DNA of 61,562 bases from a virus (Duplodnaviria > Caudoviricetes). Location: positions 1 to 61,562 of the IMG/VR virus record IMGVR_UViG_3300008119_000566; one strand, given 5' to 3'. A program made the position numbers and the translations under genes. The notes below the pieces were generated by a model. It did not search any database, was not told the DNA's origin, and saw only the letters and a program-made list of their open reading frames with translations. Below are positions 8,374-18,451 of this stretch, in pieces (position 1 is the first letter of the stretch; every line of letters begins with the position of its first letter).

Positions 8374-9921
8374 TTACTTAATAGAGAATCCAATCTTGCC
8401 AACTGGTCTACGTGTTGCATAGAAGTTGCTACTTGGGTCCATTAAAATCTTACCAGTAAACACTGGTGGATAAATTACTTCAAAGTTAGAGAAGTACGCA
8501 CCACCCGGTGTTGTTTCAGTATCTTTCGTTACCTTTAAGGAAGTCTTAATTTGAAGCATGTTACTGCGTTCTAGGATTGTTCTAAAGAACTTGTCTGTGT
8601 TGGGATTTTTGTTAATTTGATTGGCTATGCCTTGCGCCAATCCAGCTAATAGATGCCAACCAATTCTATAATCTGTACGTTGATTGTCGTCAGTACCTTT
8701 GTAAGTTAATAGCGTATCTAGGCCGTTTGCCTTAAGGTCTTTTTCTCTCACATGTTGTTGATCACTGTCAATAATGGCTAAAATTTTATCAGACTGTACT
8801 CTAGTAATCATATCAATGTGTACACCAATTTGTAATACACCAGCGATAGAACCGTTCCTATACCATATATCAGAACCAGCTACATAATCCATATCAGGAT
8901 TTTTGATCATCATTACAATGTCATACAAATTTTTCATTTCATCAGCATCAAACACACCTTCATAACGCTCTGGGTATTTTGTAATGTCATCTACCATGCC
9001 TGAAATACTGGCTTTTGCTCCGCCAGCTTTGTCCTTACTACTAACACGAATCAAATTATTATCATCAAGAATCAAATAACTATCGTATAGTTTCTCTGCA
9101 GGATCATTAGGATACTCAACTCCTCTTATCTTACCAAACCCGCCTGGCCCACCTGTCATTGCAGTTTCAGCTTCTTGCCAATCACCGGCAAGGAATCGTT
9201 GTTTCATAATTGCCAATGGCGCCGCTGTTTCTCCCAAGTCAACTTCGTAACTCTTTGAATATTGATTGGCTCCAGATACAGGTGTTGTTCGTCCAAATAT
9301 TACATTTTCCAACAATGCAATTACTTGATCTTTGACATCTTGGCCTAGGTCAGCTCTGCCAGCGATTGTGTTAGCAACTTCTCCTGGAACATCATCAGCT
9401 GCCATTTCTGTATTCGTTGGGGCGATACCTACCGGCTTCAAGTTAAGTGCGGCACGTTGCTGTACTCCTGATACTTGATTTTCTTCGCCAGCTTTACCGC
9501 TTAGTTGTTGATACCCAGTTAAGTCTGAGAATAGTTTGGTCTGTAAGAAAATAGGATAAGCACCCGGTTTCTTCTTTGGCTTTAAGGCAATAAAGCCCAT
9601 CATGTTGCCAGTCTTTTCATCTTGGAATACTAGAGCCAGTGCGGCACCAGCTTTATCAGGACTTGATAGTCCCTGTGTTGCTGGCATTGTTTTGAAGTCT
9701 GCAACAGGAATGTTGTTTGCTTCGGCGTATGCAATCAACTCGGCAATAAGGTCTTGCGGTTCTGCAATGTCACCTTGTTGCGGGAACACAATGGCATCTA
9801 CCATCGTAATTACGTTGCCTGCATTATTCTTAAAGGCCACACGTTTTCCACGTCCAGCTTCTTCAGCTCGTCGTGCCATCCCGCCTTCAGATTCAATTAA
9901 TAAAAATTCTTTTGCTCTCAT
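8374..9921 (-). CDS. Hypothetical protein, probable internal virion protein
   Basis: 515-aa ORF, MRAKEFLLIE N-terminus, TAAATA promoter upstream. Confidence 0.6.
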   Translation of the reverse strand: MRAKEFLLIESEGGMARRAEEAGRGKRVAFKNNAGNVITMVDAIVFPQQGDIAEPQDLIAELIAYAEANNIPVADFKTMPATQGLSSPDKAGAALALVFQDEKTGNMMGFIALKPKKKPGAYPIFLQTKLFSDLTGYQQLSGKAGEENQVSGVQQRAALNLKPVGIAPTNTEMAADDVPGEVANTIAGRADLGQDVKDQVIALLENVIFGRTTPVSGANQYSKSYEVDLGETAAPLAIMKQRFLAGDWQEAETAMTGGPGGFGKIRGVEYPNDPAEKLYDSYLILDDNNLIRVSSKDKAGGAKASISGMVDDITKYPERYEGVFDADEMKNLYDIVMMIKNPDMDYVAGSDIWYRNGSIAGVLQIGVHIDMITRVQSDKILAIIDSDQQHVREKDLKANGLDTLLTYKGTDDNQRTDYRIGWHLLAGLAQGIANQINKNPNTDKFFRTILERSNMLQIKTSLKVTKDTETTPGGAYFSNFEVIYPPVFTGKILMDPSSNFYATRRPVGKIGFSIK

Positions 9922-9929
9922 ACTAATAT

Positions 9930-10613
9930 TTAGCGTATTTCAGGGAACAGGCATTCCTGTATGAAATGCTGTACGTCCTCTTCACTAAGCCCTAAACTAA
10001 CCATTACTTTAGGAGTATGAGGGTTACACTTCTGATTCTGTGCGTAGTAATTCTGCGCTTCTGTAGTATCTTCAGCTGCATTGTTGGTTTCAGCGACTGT
10101 GCTTAGATAATGCTCTACTGTAGTTTTTGCTAAAGTTGTCAGTTGTTCTAATTCAGCTTCATCGCTGACATTGCCCGCAGCTACCATACTCTTGCTGAAT
10201 ATGTTAGTAGCCCACTCAGGCAATGCACGTTCTTTACGCCATTCTAGTTTGCTTACTTCTTCTGCAAACCACTGCATCATAGGATGATCAGCATCACCTG
10301 CTTTGCTATAATCGTGAAAGCAACCAGTTATCTTATTCTTGCCAGCGATAACATCAAAGCCATAAATTGGTGCTGGATTATGTGTATGTGGAAAGATGCA
10401 ACAGTGCATCATCCATAAACCTTTTGACTCTCTAGCGTCTACGACGTCCACATGAGCACGACGATAAGAATCGGACCGCCAAACGCGATTAACCCACCCA
10501 GGCTGATTAAAACGATCCATTCCGGGTTCAAATATTTCAGTACCTGTTTCATTAAATTTATCCTCTAACAGATGTTGTATTTCTATTAGTGTGTCCCAAA
10601 CTTTACTCTCCAC
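9930..10613 (-). CDS. pcyX: Ferredoxin-dependent bilin reductase, PcyX/PcyA-like
   Basis: RRAHVDVVD, LWMMHCCIFP, PIYGFDVIAG, FHDYS, LPEWATNIFS, NPHT; coupled to a heme oxygenase. Confidence 0.8.
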   Translation of the reverse strand: MESKVWDTLIEIQHLLEDKFNETGTEIFEPGMDRFNQPGWVNRVWRSDSYRRAHVDVVDARESKGLWMMHCCIFPHTHNPAPIYGFDVIAGKNKITGCFHDYSKAGDADHPMMQWFAEEVSKLEWRKERALPEWATNIFSKSMVAAGNVSDEAELEQLTTLAKTTVEHYLSTVAETNNAAEDTTEAQNYYAQNQKCNPHTPKVMVSLGLSEEDVQHFIQECLFPEIR

Positions 10614-11148
10614 GATATAAATCCCGCATCATTTTAATAGCATATTCAAATGCTACACGAGCTTCGTCACCTAGGTCATCAGTTAGTGTTTGACGAATTG
10701 CCATCTTCATAGCATCGCCATTTTCAAAGTCATAAAACTTGCCACTGCTAATATGTGCCACTTGTTTCTTAATGATTTGACCACCGAACAAGTCGCCCAT
10801 ATGGCGGCAATATAAATGCGCCTTAACTTTTGCTTTATTCTCTGGATCATTGCCTAGTTTGTGTAAGTATGCTTGGTATTCTAATGTGGCTGGAGTTAGA
10901 TAACAATAACTACCATCATCAAGTTCCACAAAGTCTGCGTGTATAGCACGTAGTCTTGGTAGGTCTGGCATTGTGTCTAGAAACCCTTGGCGCTTACAAT
11001 ACCATTCAATTGGATCGTAAATTGCTAATAGGTTATACAGATAGTTTTTATAATCTTGTTTTTCAATTTTACCGCTAAGTAACATCTTAGCAAATGTTGT
11101 TGTTTCTGCCTCATGGTGGAGGTCTTTAGTGATGTCTTTTAAGCTCAT
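10603..11148 (-). CDS. hemO: Heme oxygenase
   Basis: LKDITKDLHHEAE proximal His; AHLYCRHMGDLFGGQII distal helix. Confidence 0.9.
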   Translation of the reverse strand: MSLKDITKDLHHEAETTTFAKMLLSGKIEKQDYKNYLYNLLAIYDPIEWYCKRQGFLDTMPDLPRLRAIHADFVELDDGSYCYLTPATLEYQAYLHKLGNDPENKAKVKAHLYCRHMGDLFGGQIIKKQVAHISSGKFYDFENGDAMKMAIRQTLTDDLGDEARVAFEYAIKMMRDLYRGE

Positions 11149-11450
11149 TCTTCTTCCATTTTAATTTGTAATGGAAATCCACTACCACGAGCTAAGTTAG
11201 TTGATTCAACTGCCTTTGCTTCGGCAATCTCAAAACTGTATGTTCCGGCAACACCGCTGCCTTGATCGTGAATCTGGAGAGTGATGTCTCGAGCAGTTTC
11301 TTCTGTGTGTTTGAACACTTCGGTCAAAAGACTAATGACAAAATCCATTGGGGTTGAATCATCGTTTAGAAAGATCACGTTCCAGCGTTTAGGTTCTTGA
11401 ACCTTAATCTTAATCTTCTCGTCTAGTTTAATATCAGTTATTGTTGTCAT
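11145..11450 (-). CDS. clpS: ClpS N-degron adaptor
   Basis: VIFLNDDSTPMDFVI, HDQGSGVAG.YSFEIAEAK, GFPLQ. Confidence 0.92.
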   Translation of the reverse strand: MTTITDIKLDEKIKIKVQEPKRWNVIFLNDDSTPMDFVISLLTEVFKHTEETARDITLQIHDQGSGVAGTYSFEIAEAKAVESTNLARGSGFPLQIKMEEE

Positions 11451-11494
11451 TCATGTTCTCCAAGAGTAGGGGAAGTTCCCTTCCCCTTATTATA

Positions 11495-11935
11495 TTACTT
11501 AACCTCGACAATGTCAATCACGCGAGCTTTCTTTTCTTCCGGAATTTCGTGTTCTAACTGTACAGATAGAATACCATCCTGAATTAAGGCGCCCTTGACT
11601 AGCATGTGTTCAGCTAATTGAAGCTTACGTTCAAAATCCCGTGAGCTAAGTCCTCTGTGTAAGTATTGAATATTCTCACCATCTTCGCGTGTGCGAACAC
11701 CGCGAATAGTCAACAAGTTTTGTTCAACTTCAATGTGAATTTCATCTTTCCTAAACCCGGCAACAGCAACCTCGATGACATACCTAGTGTCATCAAGTTT
11801 AATGATGTTGTGTGGGGGATAGTTATTTTGCATTTGATTTGCGATACGATGTTCGAATGTATCGAATAATCTATCGAAACCTACTAGAGCCCTGTTTAGA
11901 GCCTGTGTGTCAAAGCGTGTTATATTTGCGTTCAT
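11495..11935 (-). CDS. Small heat shock protein (IbpA/Hsp20)
   Basis: GFDRLFD, NYPPHNI, IEVAVAGF, YLHRGLSSRDFERK, DGILSV. Confidence 0.93.
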   Translation of the reverse strand: MNANITRFDTQALNRALVGFDRLFDTFEHRIANQMQNNYPPHNIIKLDDTRYVIEVAVAGFRKDEIHIEVEQNLLTIRGVRTREDGENIQYLHRGLSSRDFERKLQLAEHMLVKGALIQDGILSVQLEHEIPEEKKARVIDIVEVK

Positions 11936-11996
11936 TTTAATATCTCCTTAAATTAAGCAAGAATAATTTATGCGGCCTCACCTGAGCACCGCATAA
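11936..11996 (-). promoter_or_regulatory. ROSE-like RNA thermometer in hsp20 5' UTR
   Basis: 5' hairpin followed by TCTTGCT-taattt-AAGGAG; TATAAATA promoter just upstream. Confidence 0.6.
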
Positions 11997-12018
11997 TATT
12001 TATAACGTCTGTGTGTGT

Positions 12019-13887
12019 TTATTTTACTTCTGTAAACTCTGCATCAACAGTCTTTTCATCTTGTGAATTTTCTGTTGTAGCTTTTGCTTTTATTTCATTC
12101 AACTCTTGAGCAACTGTAAGCATTGCAGTCATTTTCTCAGTGATTGCATCTAAGTCGTCACCAGTAATTACATCTTGCAATTCTTTAATTGAGTCTTCAA
12201 GTTTAGTTTTTAATTCTTCTGGAACATCTTTTGATTCCATATCTTTCCTAATCGTGTGGATTTGACCTTCAGCACCGTTACGTGCTTCAATCAACTCTTT
12301 AGCCTTTTTGTCTGACTCGGCATTGGCTTCAGCATCTTGAACCATACGTTCAATTTCTTCTTTGCTTAAACCACTGTCTGATTTGATAGTGATTTTATTT
12401 TCCTTGCCGGTACCTTTGTCTTTAGCACTGATATTCATAATGCCGTTTGCATCAATATCAAATGTAACTTCAACTTGTGGCATACCACGTGGTGCTGGAG
12501 CAATACCGTCTAGCTTAAATTCACCAAGTGCCTTGTTGTACTTAAACAACTCACGCTCACCTTGTGCAACTTTGATATCAACAGCTGGCTGGTTATCTTC
12601 TGCTGTGCTGAATGTTTGACTAGCTTTGGTTGGAATAGTTGTGTTCTTTTGAATCAACTTGGTAAACACACCTCCCATTGTTTCAATACCCAAGCTCAAT
12701 GGGGTGACGTCCAATAGCAGTACGTCTGTACGGTCACCTGCTAGTACTGATCCTTGAATAGCCGCACCCGCAGCCACTGCCTCATCTGGGTTAACGTCTT
12801 TACGTGGTGCTTTGCCAAATAGCTTCTCAACAGTTTCTTGCACTTTAGGCATTCGTGTCATACCACCAACAAGGATAACTTCATCAATGTCGCCAGCAGT
12901 TACACCTGCATCTTTCATTGCAGTTTTGCATGGCTGCACTGAACGTTGGATCAGTTCGTCAACAAGGCTTTCTAATTTAGCACGAGTCAACTTAACATTC
13001 ATGTGTTTAGGTCCACTCGCATCAGCTGTGATGTAAGGCAAGTTAACATCTGTTTGTGCAGAGCTAGACAATTCAATCTTTGCTTTTTCAGCAGATTCTT
13101 TTAAACGCTGTAATGCTAGTGTGTCTTTTTTAAGATCAACACCGTTGTCTTTCTTAAACTCGTCAACCAAATAATCCATAATGCGTTGGTCAAAGTCTTC
13201 ACCGCCTAAGAATGTGTCGCCATTAGTTGACAACACTTCAATTTGTTTGTCGCCATCTACATCCGCGATCTCAATGATCGATACATCGAAAGTACCGCCA
13301 CCAAGGTCGTAAACAGCAATTTTGCGATCTTTTTTATCAGACTTATCAACGCCATAACTAAGAGCTGCCGCAGTAGGCTCGTTAATAATACGGAGTACTT
13401 CCAAGCCTGCGATCTGTCCAGCATCCTTTGTAGCTTGTCTTTGGCTGTCGTTAAAGTACGCAGGAACTGTGATAACTGCTTGGGTAACTTCATGACCTAG
13501 ATAGTCCTCCGCTGTCTTTTTCATCTTACGCAGAACCTCTGCGCTAATTTGTGGTGGTGCTAATTCCTTACCATTTGATCGAACCCATGCATCGCCGTTT
13601 TTGGCTTCTATGATTTCATAAGGCATTAGACCAATGTCTTTTTGCACAGCTTCTTCTTTGAACTTACGTCCAATAAGACGCTTGCTTGCGTAAATTGTGT
13701 TTTTGGGATTTGTTACTGCTTGACGCTTTGCGCTAGCACCTACTAGAATTTCATCGTTAGCGTATGCAACAATACTTGGTGTAGTACGGGCGCCTTCGCT
13801 GTTTTCGATTACTTTTGTGACACCGTTTTCAATAACGGCTACGCATGAATTTGTTGTACCTAAGTCGATACCGATTACTTTGCTCAT
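12019..13887 (-). CDS. dnaK: Chaperone DnaK (Hsp70)
   Basis: [33 protein letters not shown]; full length. Confidence 0.98.
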   Translation of the reverse strand: MSKVIGIDLGTTNSCVAVIENGVTKVIENSEGARTTPSIVAYANDEILVGASAKRQAVTNPKNTIYASKRLIGRKFKEEAVQKDIGLMPYEIIEAKNGDAWVRSNGKELAPPQISAEVLRKMKKTAEDYLGHEVTQAVITVPAYFNDSQRQATKDAGQIAGLEVLRIINEPTAAALSYGVDKSDKKDRKIAVYDLGGGTFDVSIIEIADVDGDKQIEVLSTNGDTFLGGEDFDQRIMDYLVDEFKKDNGVDLKKDTLALQRLKESAEKAKIELSSSAQTDVNLPYITADASGPKHMNVKLTRAKLESLVDELIQRSVQPCKTAMKDAGVTAGDIDEVILVGGMTRMPKVQETVEKLFGKAPRKDVNPDEAVAAGAAIQGSVLAGDRTDVLLLDVTPLSLGIETMGGVFTKLIQKNTTIPTKASQTFSTAEDNQPAVDIKVAQGERELFKYNKALGEFKLDGIAPAPRGMPQVEVTFDIDANGIMNISAKDKGTGKENKITIKSDSGLSKEEIERMVQDAEANAESDKKAKELIEARNGAEGQIHTIRKDMESKDVPEELKTKLEDSIKELQDVITGDDLDAITEKMTAMLTVAQELNEIKAKATTENSQDEKTVDAEFTEVK

Positions 13888-13970
13888 TGTTTTCTCCTTT
13901 TAAAAAGCAAGATATATTTTCGGGTAAACACCCTATGTATACAGCCCCCATTGGGCACTGTCTACACTTT
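13888..13970 (-). promoter_or_regulatory. ROSE-like RNA thermometer in dnaK 5' UTR
   Basis: Upstream hairpins then TCTTGCT-ttttaa-AAGGAG; TATAAATA upstream. Confidence 0.5.
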
Positions 13971-13978
13971 TATTTATA

Positions 13979-14272
13979 TCAGATATTGTCTAAGTTTTGA
14001 ATTTTGGACCACTTTTTGAGTTTCTCGATTTTAGCTCGTTTTGCTATATGCAAATTCCCCCAGCTGATAATGTTGTTGGCCATTAGAATATCAATCATAG
14101 CCAACATATCACCAAGTTCCTCTTCCAAGTGTTCTCGATTAGTTTGTCCAGTATTAAGTTTAGCGTTGTCTATACCAAATCTACGGATTTTACTAACCGC
14201 TTGAATTACCTCTGCACATTCCTCTTGTAGGATGTCCATTACTTCATCATTAGATTCGTTTAGTGGCGCCAT
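13979..14272 (-). CDS. MazG-like nucleotide pyrophosphohydrolase
   Basis: LQEECAEVIQAVSK...LEEELGDMLAM; start moved to MAPLNE. Confidence 0.8.
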   Translation of the reverse strand: MAPLNESNDEVMDILQEECAEVIQAVSKIRRFGIDNAKLNTGQTNREHLEEELGDMLAMIDILMANNIISWGNLHIAKRAKIEKLKKWSKIQNLDNI

Positions 14273-14273
14273 A

Positions 14274-14807
14274 TTAATTCTCAAACTTTCTACGTAGTTT
14301 CTTAAACATTGTTTGCACACCAATTGCTTGACGACGTGCATCTTCCAAAGCGTGATGCTTTAGTGCTTGCGGCATTTCTGGATCCATGCCCAAGTCAAAT
14401 AGTGTACGAGTATCCCTCACGTCCCAAAAGTTCCATGGAAACGGTTTGCCCATTTTACGGAAATAGTGTTCTAAAATAATAATATCAAATGTAGAACCGT
14501 GACTCCAAAAACGACTTGAACCCATACAAAATTTGTAGAACTTTTCCATTGCTTCTTTACAATCTATACGATTGTCAGGACTAAAGGCCTCGTCTTGAGC
14601 AGCCTTGTCTTGATCTGCCCACCACCTAATAGTATTGTCATCAATAAATGGATCTGCAAATTCACAAGTATCTACATCAATACGTAGGTATATTTCATCG
14701 TATACCTCGTATCCGTTTGGATTAAATGTTACTGCGCCTAGTGTAAGAATTTGTGCATTTGGAGTGGTGGCTAGAGTTTCTAAGTCCACCATTAAATGTT
14801 TAGCCAT
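14274..14807 (-). CDS. DEDDh 3'-5' exonuclease
   Basis: HLMVDLETL, WSHGSTFD, RDTRT, HHALEDA. Confidence 0.85.
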   Translation of the reverse strand: MAKHLMVDLETLATTPNAQILTLGAVTFNPNGYEVYDEIYLRIDVDTCEFADPFIDDNTIRWWADQDKAAQDEAFSPDNRIDCKEAMEKFYKFCMGSSRFWSHGSTFDIIILEHYFRKMGKPFPWNFWDVRDTRTLFDLGMDPEMPQALKHHALEDARRQAIGVQTMFKKLRRKFEN

Positions 14808-14870
14808 TATAAGCCTTTCGTAGTTATACGTTATTATAGCAAAATTGCTATCAAATGTCTAGTAGATTGA

Positions 14871-15110
14871 TTAGAAAAGTTTTTTTGGTAGTTGCTCTTT
14901 TTGGAGCTTTTTGGCGTAGCGTTGCTTGGCCGCTGCCTTCTTGCGTTTGCGTTTTGTAGTAGGCTTTTCGTAAAATTCTTTCTTACGAAGTGTATCAAGA
15001 AGACCGCTGTCCTCGATCTTCTTTTTAAATTTGCGTAGTGCGCGGTTTACATCTTCACCTTCTCTGATGTAAACTACACTACCTCTTACTTTATTGTCTC
15101 TCTGACTCAT
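14871..15110 (-). CDS. rpsU: Ribosomal protein bS21
   Basis: V..GEDVNRALRKFKKK...RKKEFYEKPTTKRKRKKAAA; start at MSQRD. Confidence 0.9.
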   Translation of the reverse strand: MSQRDNKVRGSVVYIREGEDVNRALRKFKKKIEDSGLLDTLRKKEFYEKPTTKRKRKKAAAKQRYAKKLQKEQLPKKLF

Positions 15111-15519
15111 CGTCATCATCTTCCTCGTCGTCTTCTTCCTCACCAGTGAAAGCCGCAACCACTGCATCTAAATTCCAAATTCTATTTTTTGAAATAAGAC
15201 CATAGGGAGTTAATTCATCGTTTGTAATATAATGAGTATTGGGCTGTGCCAATAAGAAAGTTATAAAAAGTTTTGTTGTTGGGTCACAGTTATCAATATC
15301 AATAACTGTGATATCTGCTTGTTGTGACACACTTAGTAGCCAACTAATATCTGTTTCGTTATCATCATAAATGAATACATTTAACTCTTCAATATTATGA
15401 CTTAAGATTGTTTGGAACTGTTTTTTAACATTTACTGATGGCTTTACTAATAAGTAGCTCAAGTTCAAATTGAATAATTTGTCCGGAGGCGTAATGAGGT
15501 TAATTTTTCCTAAGTTCAT
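15091..15519 (-). CDS. Hypothetical protein with acidic tail
   Basis: ORF coupled to neighbouring genes. Confidence 0.7.
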   Translation of the reverse strand: MNLGKINLITPPDKLFNLNLSYLLVKPSVNVKKQFQTILSHNIEELNVFIYDDNETDISWLLSVSQQADITVIDIDNCDPTTKLFITFLLAQPNTHYITNDELTPYGLISKNRIWNLDAVVAAFTGEEEDDEEDDDDESERQ

Positions 15520-17021
15520 TTGTTCTCTTTGTTAATTCTGTTCCATAGCGAATTGTTACTTTGTTCACTATTTTGTACGTATGTTACTGACGAATCTTTG
15601 TTATCTGCTGATCCGCTTGTTTCATCACGTAGCTCGTTTTTTTTTTGATCTTCGGTTTCGACAACTTCTGTTAGATCTGGTTTGATTCTTTCTTGTTTTG
15701 GAAAGTCTGGTTCTAGTTTATTCAATTCGTTTTGTAAAGTTGGAAAGATCTTGTATTTTGCAGCCGTTTCTGCCTCAATTTGTGCCTGACGTTGTTGTTC
15801 TAATTCCCAAGGAAGTATTTCAATTAAGCCTAACTCTTTTTTCTTTTCTTGATTTTTAATTGTATCTTCAGGATGTTCGATTTTCCACTTACGCATTGCT
15901 TCCTTCTCATGAAGGTCAGCACGTTCAGCTTCTTCAATCATTTTATTCCAACGATCTAATTCATTTATGTTGTCCAGTGATATTGTTGGCTCAATTCTGG
16001 TAACTTCTTCTTTGGGTTCTTCTTTTACTTCAAGTTCATGCTCAAACTTGTCTTTTGGATGTTCGCCGTTATCAACAAATTTTATTGTAGGTTCTGGTAC
16101 TATCGGTTCTGTTTTCACACTTGCTTCAGAAGCCATTTGATTAATTTGGTCTAATTGTTCTTGTGTTAATGCGCCATCATCTGGTTCATAGGTTGGCTTC
16201 TTTTCTTCTGGTAAGGGAGGAACAAACAATGGAACAGTTTTGTGTAACAATCCTTCATTCTGTTTTTCTTCTCGTCTCCAACCAAATGTCATTTGTGCGG
16301 CCAATAACATTATAACTGCTAGTGGATCAAATACCACAATAATGGTAATGATGACCCAAGTGACTGCTTTCTCTAAAAGAGTCTCATCAGTTGCTCCGTA
16401 TATAAAGGCAGCAATGTATTTTAGCGGTCCAACTTCTGCTTCTACTTTACGAACTTCGGCGGCAATAGGAGCTCGCTCTTCGTTCAGGCTGGCAATTTTC
16501 TTTTGACTTGCAGTTATCTCATTTTGTAAACGGGTACGTTCTCTAGCCTGTTGTTGACGAATATTAACGGCTCTATTAGCACCTTGTTCAGTTGTTGAAC
16601 GAGCCATGCTCTGATCCACAGCCTCATCCATCTGTTTAAGTGCTTTACGATTAGCTTCAATGTTTTCTTTTTCAGTCTTGATCTTTTCGTCGTAAATTGA
16701 AATTTTAGCAATTACATCTCCGCTTACAAGACTTTGATCACTATGTGCCTTTGATAAGAACCCAAAGATACCCATACTTGTAATAAGCATTAATACAATG
16801 ACTGCCACTGTCATGTAAACTTTCATCAAACGTGGCGCACGTTCCCAATTAGCCTTAAGCCAGCTTGCACAGACAAGTTTTCCAACCTCCAATGCTGATC
16901 CCATGATAATAATTGGAATCATTGCCGCAGAGAAAATAGCGGCCAAACCCACTACGGAGTAGTAGATTGCGACCGCTGAAATTGTTAAACCTGTAAGTAA
17001 GAGTAAGTATGCTAAAATCAT
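15516..17021 (-). CDS. Membrane protein with coiled coil and acidic cytoplasmic tail
   Basis: Several N-terminal TM segments, coiled coil, FDPLA TM; start at MILAY 5 nt after TAAATA. Confidence 0.75.
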   Translation of the reverse strand: MILAYLLLLTGLTISAVAIYYSVVGLAAIFSAAMIPIIIMGSALEVGKLVCASWLKANWERAPRLMKVYMTVAVIVLMLITSMGIFGFLSKAHSDQSLVSGDVIAKISIYDEKIKTEKENIEANRKALKQMDEAVDQSMARSTTEQGANRAVNIRQQQARERTRLQNEITASQKKIASLNEERAPIAAEVRKVEAEVGPLKYIAAFIYGATDETLLEKAVTWVIITIIVVFDPLAVIMLLAAQMTFGWRREEKQNEGLLHKTVPLFVPPLPEEKKPTYEPDDGALTQEQLDQINQMASEASVKTEPIVPEPTIKFVDNGEHPKDKFEHELEVKEEPKEEVTRIEPTISLDNINELDRWNKMIEEAERADLHEKEAMRKWKIEHPEDTIKNQEKKKELGLIEILPWELEQQRQAQIEAETAAKYKIFPTLQNELNKLEPDFPKQERIKPDLTEVVETEDQKKNELRDETSGSADNKDSSVTYVQNSEQSNNSLWNRINKENK

Positions 17022-17025
17022 AAGT

Positions 17026-17448
17026 TTATTTATCAGCGAAATTCCATGTATTACTGCTAGTTTTAAAACAAGCCCATTCTTCAAATGTACGCTGATCTGA
17101 TTTTAACATAATAACGCTATAAATCCTACGACACATTTCACCGTTTACCATAGCAGTTACCATAACTTGCACCTGCCCCATATGGTATCCATCATCTGAA
17201 TACCATTTAGTAGCCTCGCCGTTATCTAAACGATTAAGTGCAAAGAATACTGCTTGTTGATGTTTTCGACTGTCTTCTTTATTCAGACGACTAAACATAC
17301 TTCGGTACGCATTAAAAATAATAGCTGGACCATGCAAGTCGTTTATCTCATTTTGATAAATGGGCTTGTCCCACTGTCCTGCGTGTGCAACATTACTGGT
17401 AAAACTAATGAGTATTATTGTTGCCAATAATTTCCCAAGTACCATCAT
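17026..17448 (-). CDS. Secreted protein, 17-kDa surface antigen (RT0821/Lpp0805)-like domain
   Basis: Signal peptide; AL...NGE..W...G.V...CR....ACF...W pattern. Confidence 0.6.
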   Translation of the reverse strand: MMVLGKLLATIILISFTSNVAHAGQWDKPIYQNEINDLHGPAIIFNAYRSMFSRLNKEDSRKHQQAVFFALNRLDNGEATKWYSDDGYHMGQVQVMVTAMVNGEMCRRIYSVIMLKSDQRTFEEWACFKTSSNTWNFADK

Positions 17449-17728
17449 ATTTTTGGCAAGCATATCCCATTCCCTCAATTATACGTCCGCTAGGCAAACG
17501 ATGTCTATATGGATTTTCAAAGCATTGTTTGGCAACGCCCATTTTCTTAATTCCAATTTGTTCAATTGGATCGTCATTGCATTTTACAAGAGTGTCACTC
17601 GAAACTGTTTCATTTCCACTTTTGCGAATTTCTTGACTAGTGTAACAGTATTGTTTGTATTGCTTTGGAGGAGCACTACTGCACCCCACCAAAGACAATA
17701 CTGCTATTGCGAACAAGAGCTTGTTCAT
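17405..17728 (-). CDS. Lipoprotein
   Basis: MNKLLF...LVGC lipobox. Confidence 0.7.
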   Translation of the reverse strand: MNKLLFAIAVLSLVGCSSAPPKQYKQYCYTSQEIRKSGNETVSSDTLVKCNDDPIEQIGIKKMGVAKQCFENPYRHRLPSGRIIEGMGYACQKYDGTWEIIGNNNTH

Positions 17729-17729
17729 G

Positions 17730-18197
17730 TTATTCGCCTTTTGATTCTGCAACCAATTGATCGAATACAGTCTTCTTCATTTCAAGTTTGACGTATGTGT
17801 AATGACGTCCACCCATTGTAAAGTGACCTTTCTCACTCTTCACATGTCGACGAATTGCTGTGTCAGACACTTTGTAAGAGATAAAAGTACGTGATGACTT
17901 TTTGTCATTTACAATTTCAATGGATGTTTCTGAATTAACTTTACCGTTAATACGTTTGGCAAAGTTGTTCATTGCAATGGCATCCATTTGCTCTTCGGCA
18001 GCTTGAGCATATTTGCTTTCGCCAGCACCGCAAGCATAGACATAGTCTTCTTTCCACCAGAACCAACCTTTAACGCCTTCTTGTGCGCAATCCTGATACC
18101 AACTGGGTTGAGCATAAGTTTTACGGTCGGGAATGTCTTTCATTGAACCGCAAGCGGTAAGTGTTGCAATAATGGGGATTAAAATAAGTTTTTTCAT
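17730..18197 (-). CDS. Lipoprotein, LPP20-like
   Basis: LTAC lipobox; PSWY...YACGAGES...A. Confidence 0.65.
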   Translation of the reverse strand: MKKLILIPIIATLTACGSMKDIPDRKTYAQPSWYQDCAQEGVKGWFWWKEDYVYACGAGESKYAQAAEEQMDAIAMNNFAKRINGKVNSETSIEIVNDKKSSRTFISYKVSDTAIRRHVKSEKGHFTMGGRHYTYVKLEMKKTVFDQLVAESKGE

Positions 18198-18355
18198 TTT
18201 GAAGACTCCTGAACAGTTTTAGTAGCTTCTTTAGCCACTTCCGATACCAACGCTTTGCCTTGATTGCTTACGAACGAAACTCCGCTCGAAACCAAATTAA
18301 CGACGAATGTCGGTGCTAGAATAACCAGCGCAAGAACAACAATCCATTTAGTCAT
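18194..18355 (-). CDS. Small membrane protein (53 aa)
   Basis: Read manually: MTKWIVVLALVILAP...; stop overlaps next start (ATGA). Confidence 0.6.
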   Translation of the reverse strand: MTKWIVVLALVILAPTFVVNLVSSGVSFVSNQGKALVSEVAKEATKTVQESSK

Positions 18356-18404
18356 TTCAAACTCTCTTTCTGTGTGTGTTAATAAAAAAGCCTCTGTAGT
18401 ATGT

Positions 18405-18433
18405 ATTATACGACAAAGGCTTCGTTATGTCAA
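18405..18433 (-). promoter_or_regulatory. Sigma70 consensus promoter
   Basis: TTGACA-17-TATAAT upstream of the lipoprotein cluster. Confidence 0.8.
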
Positions 18434-18451
18434 CGGTTTTGGTAAACCGAA

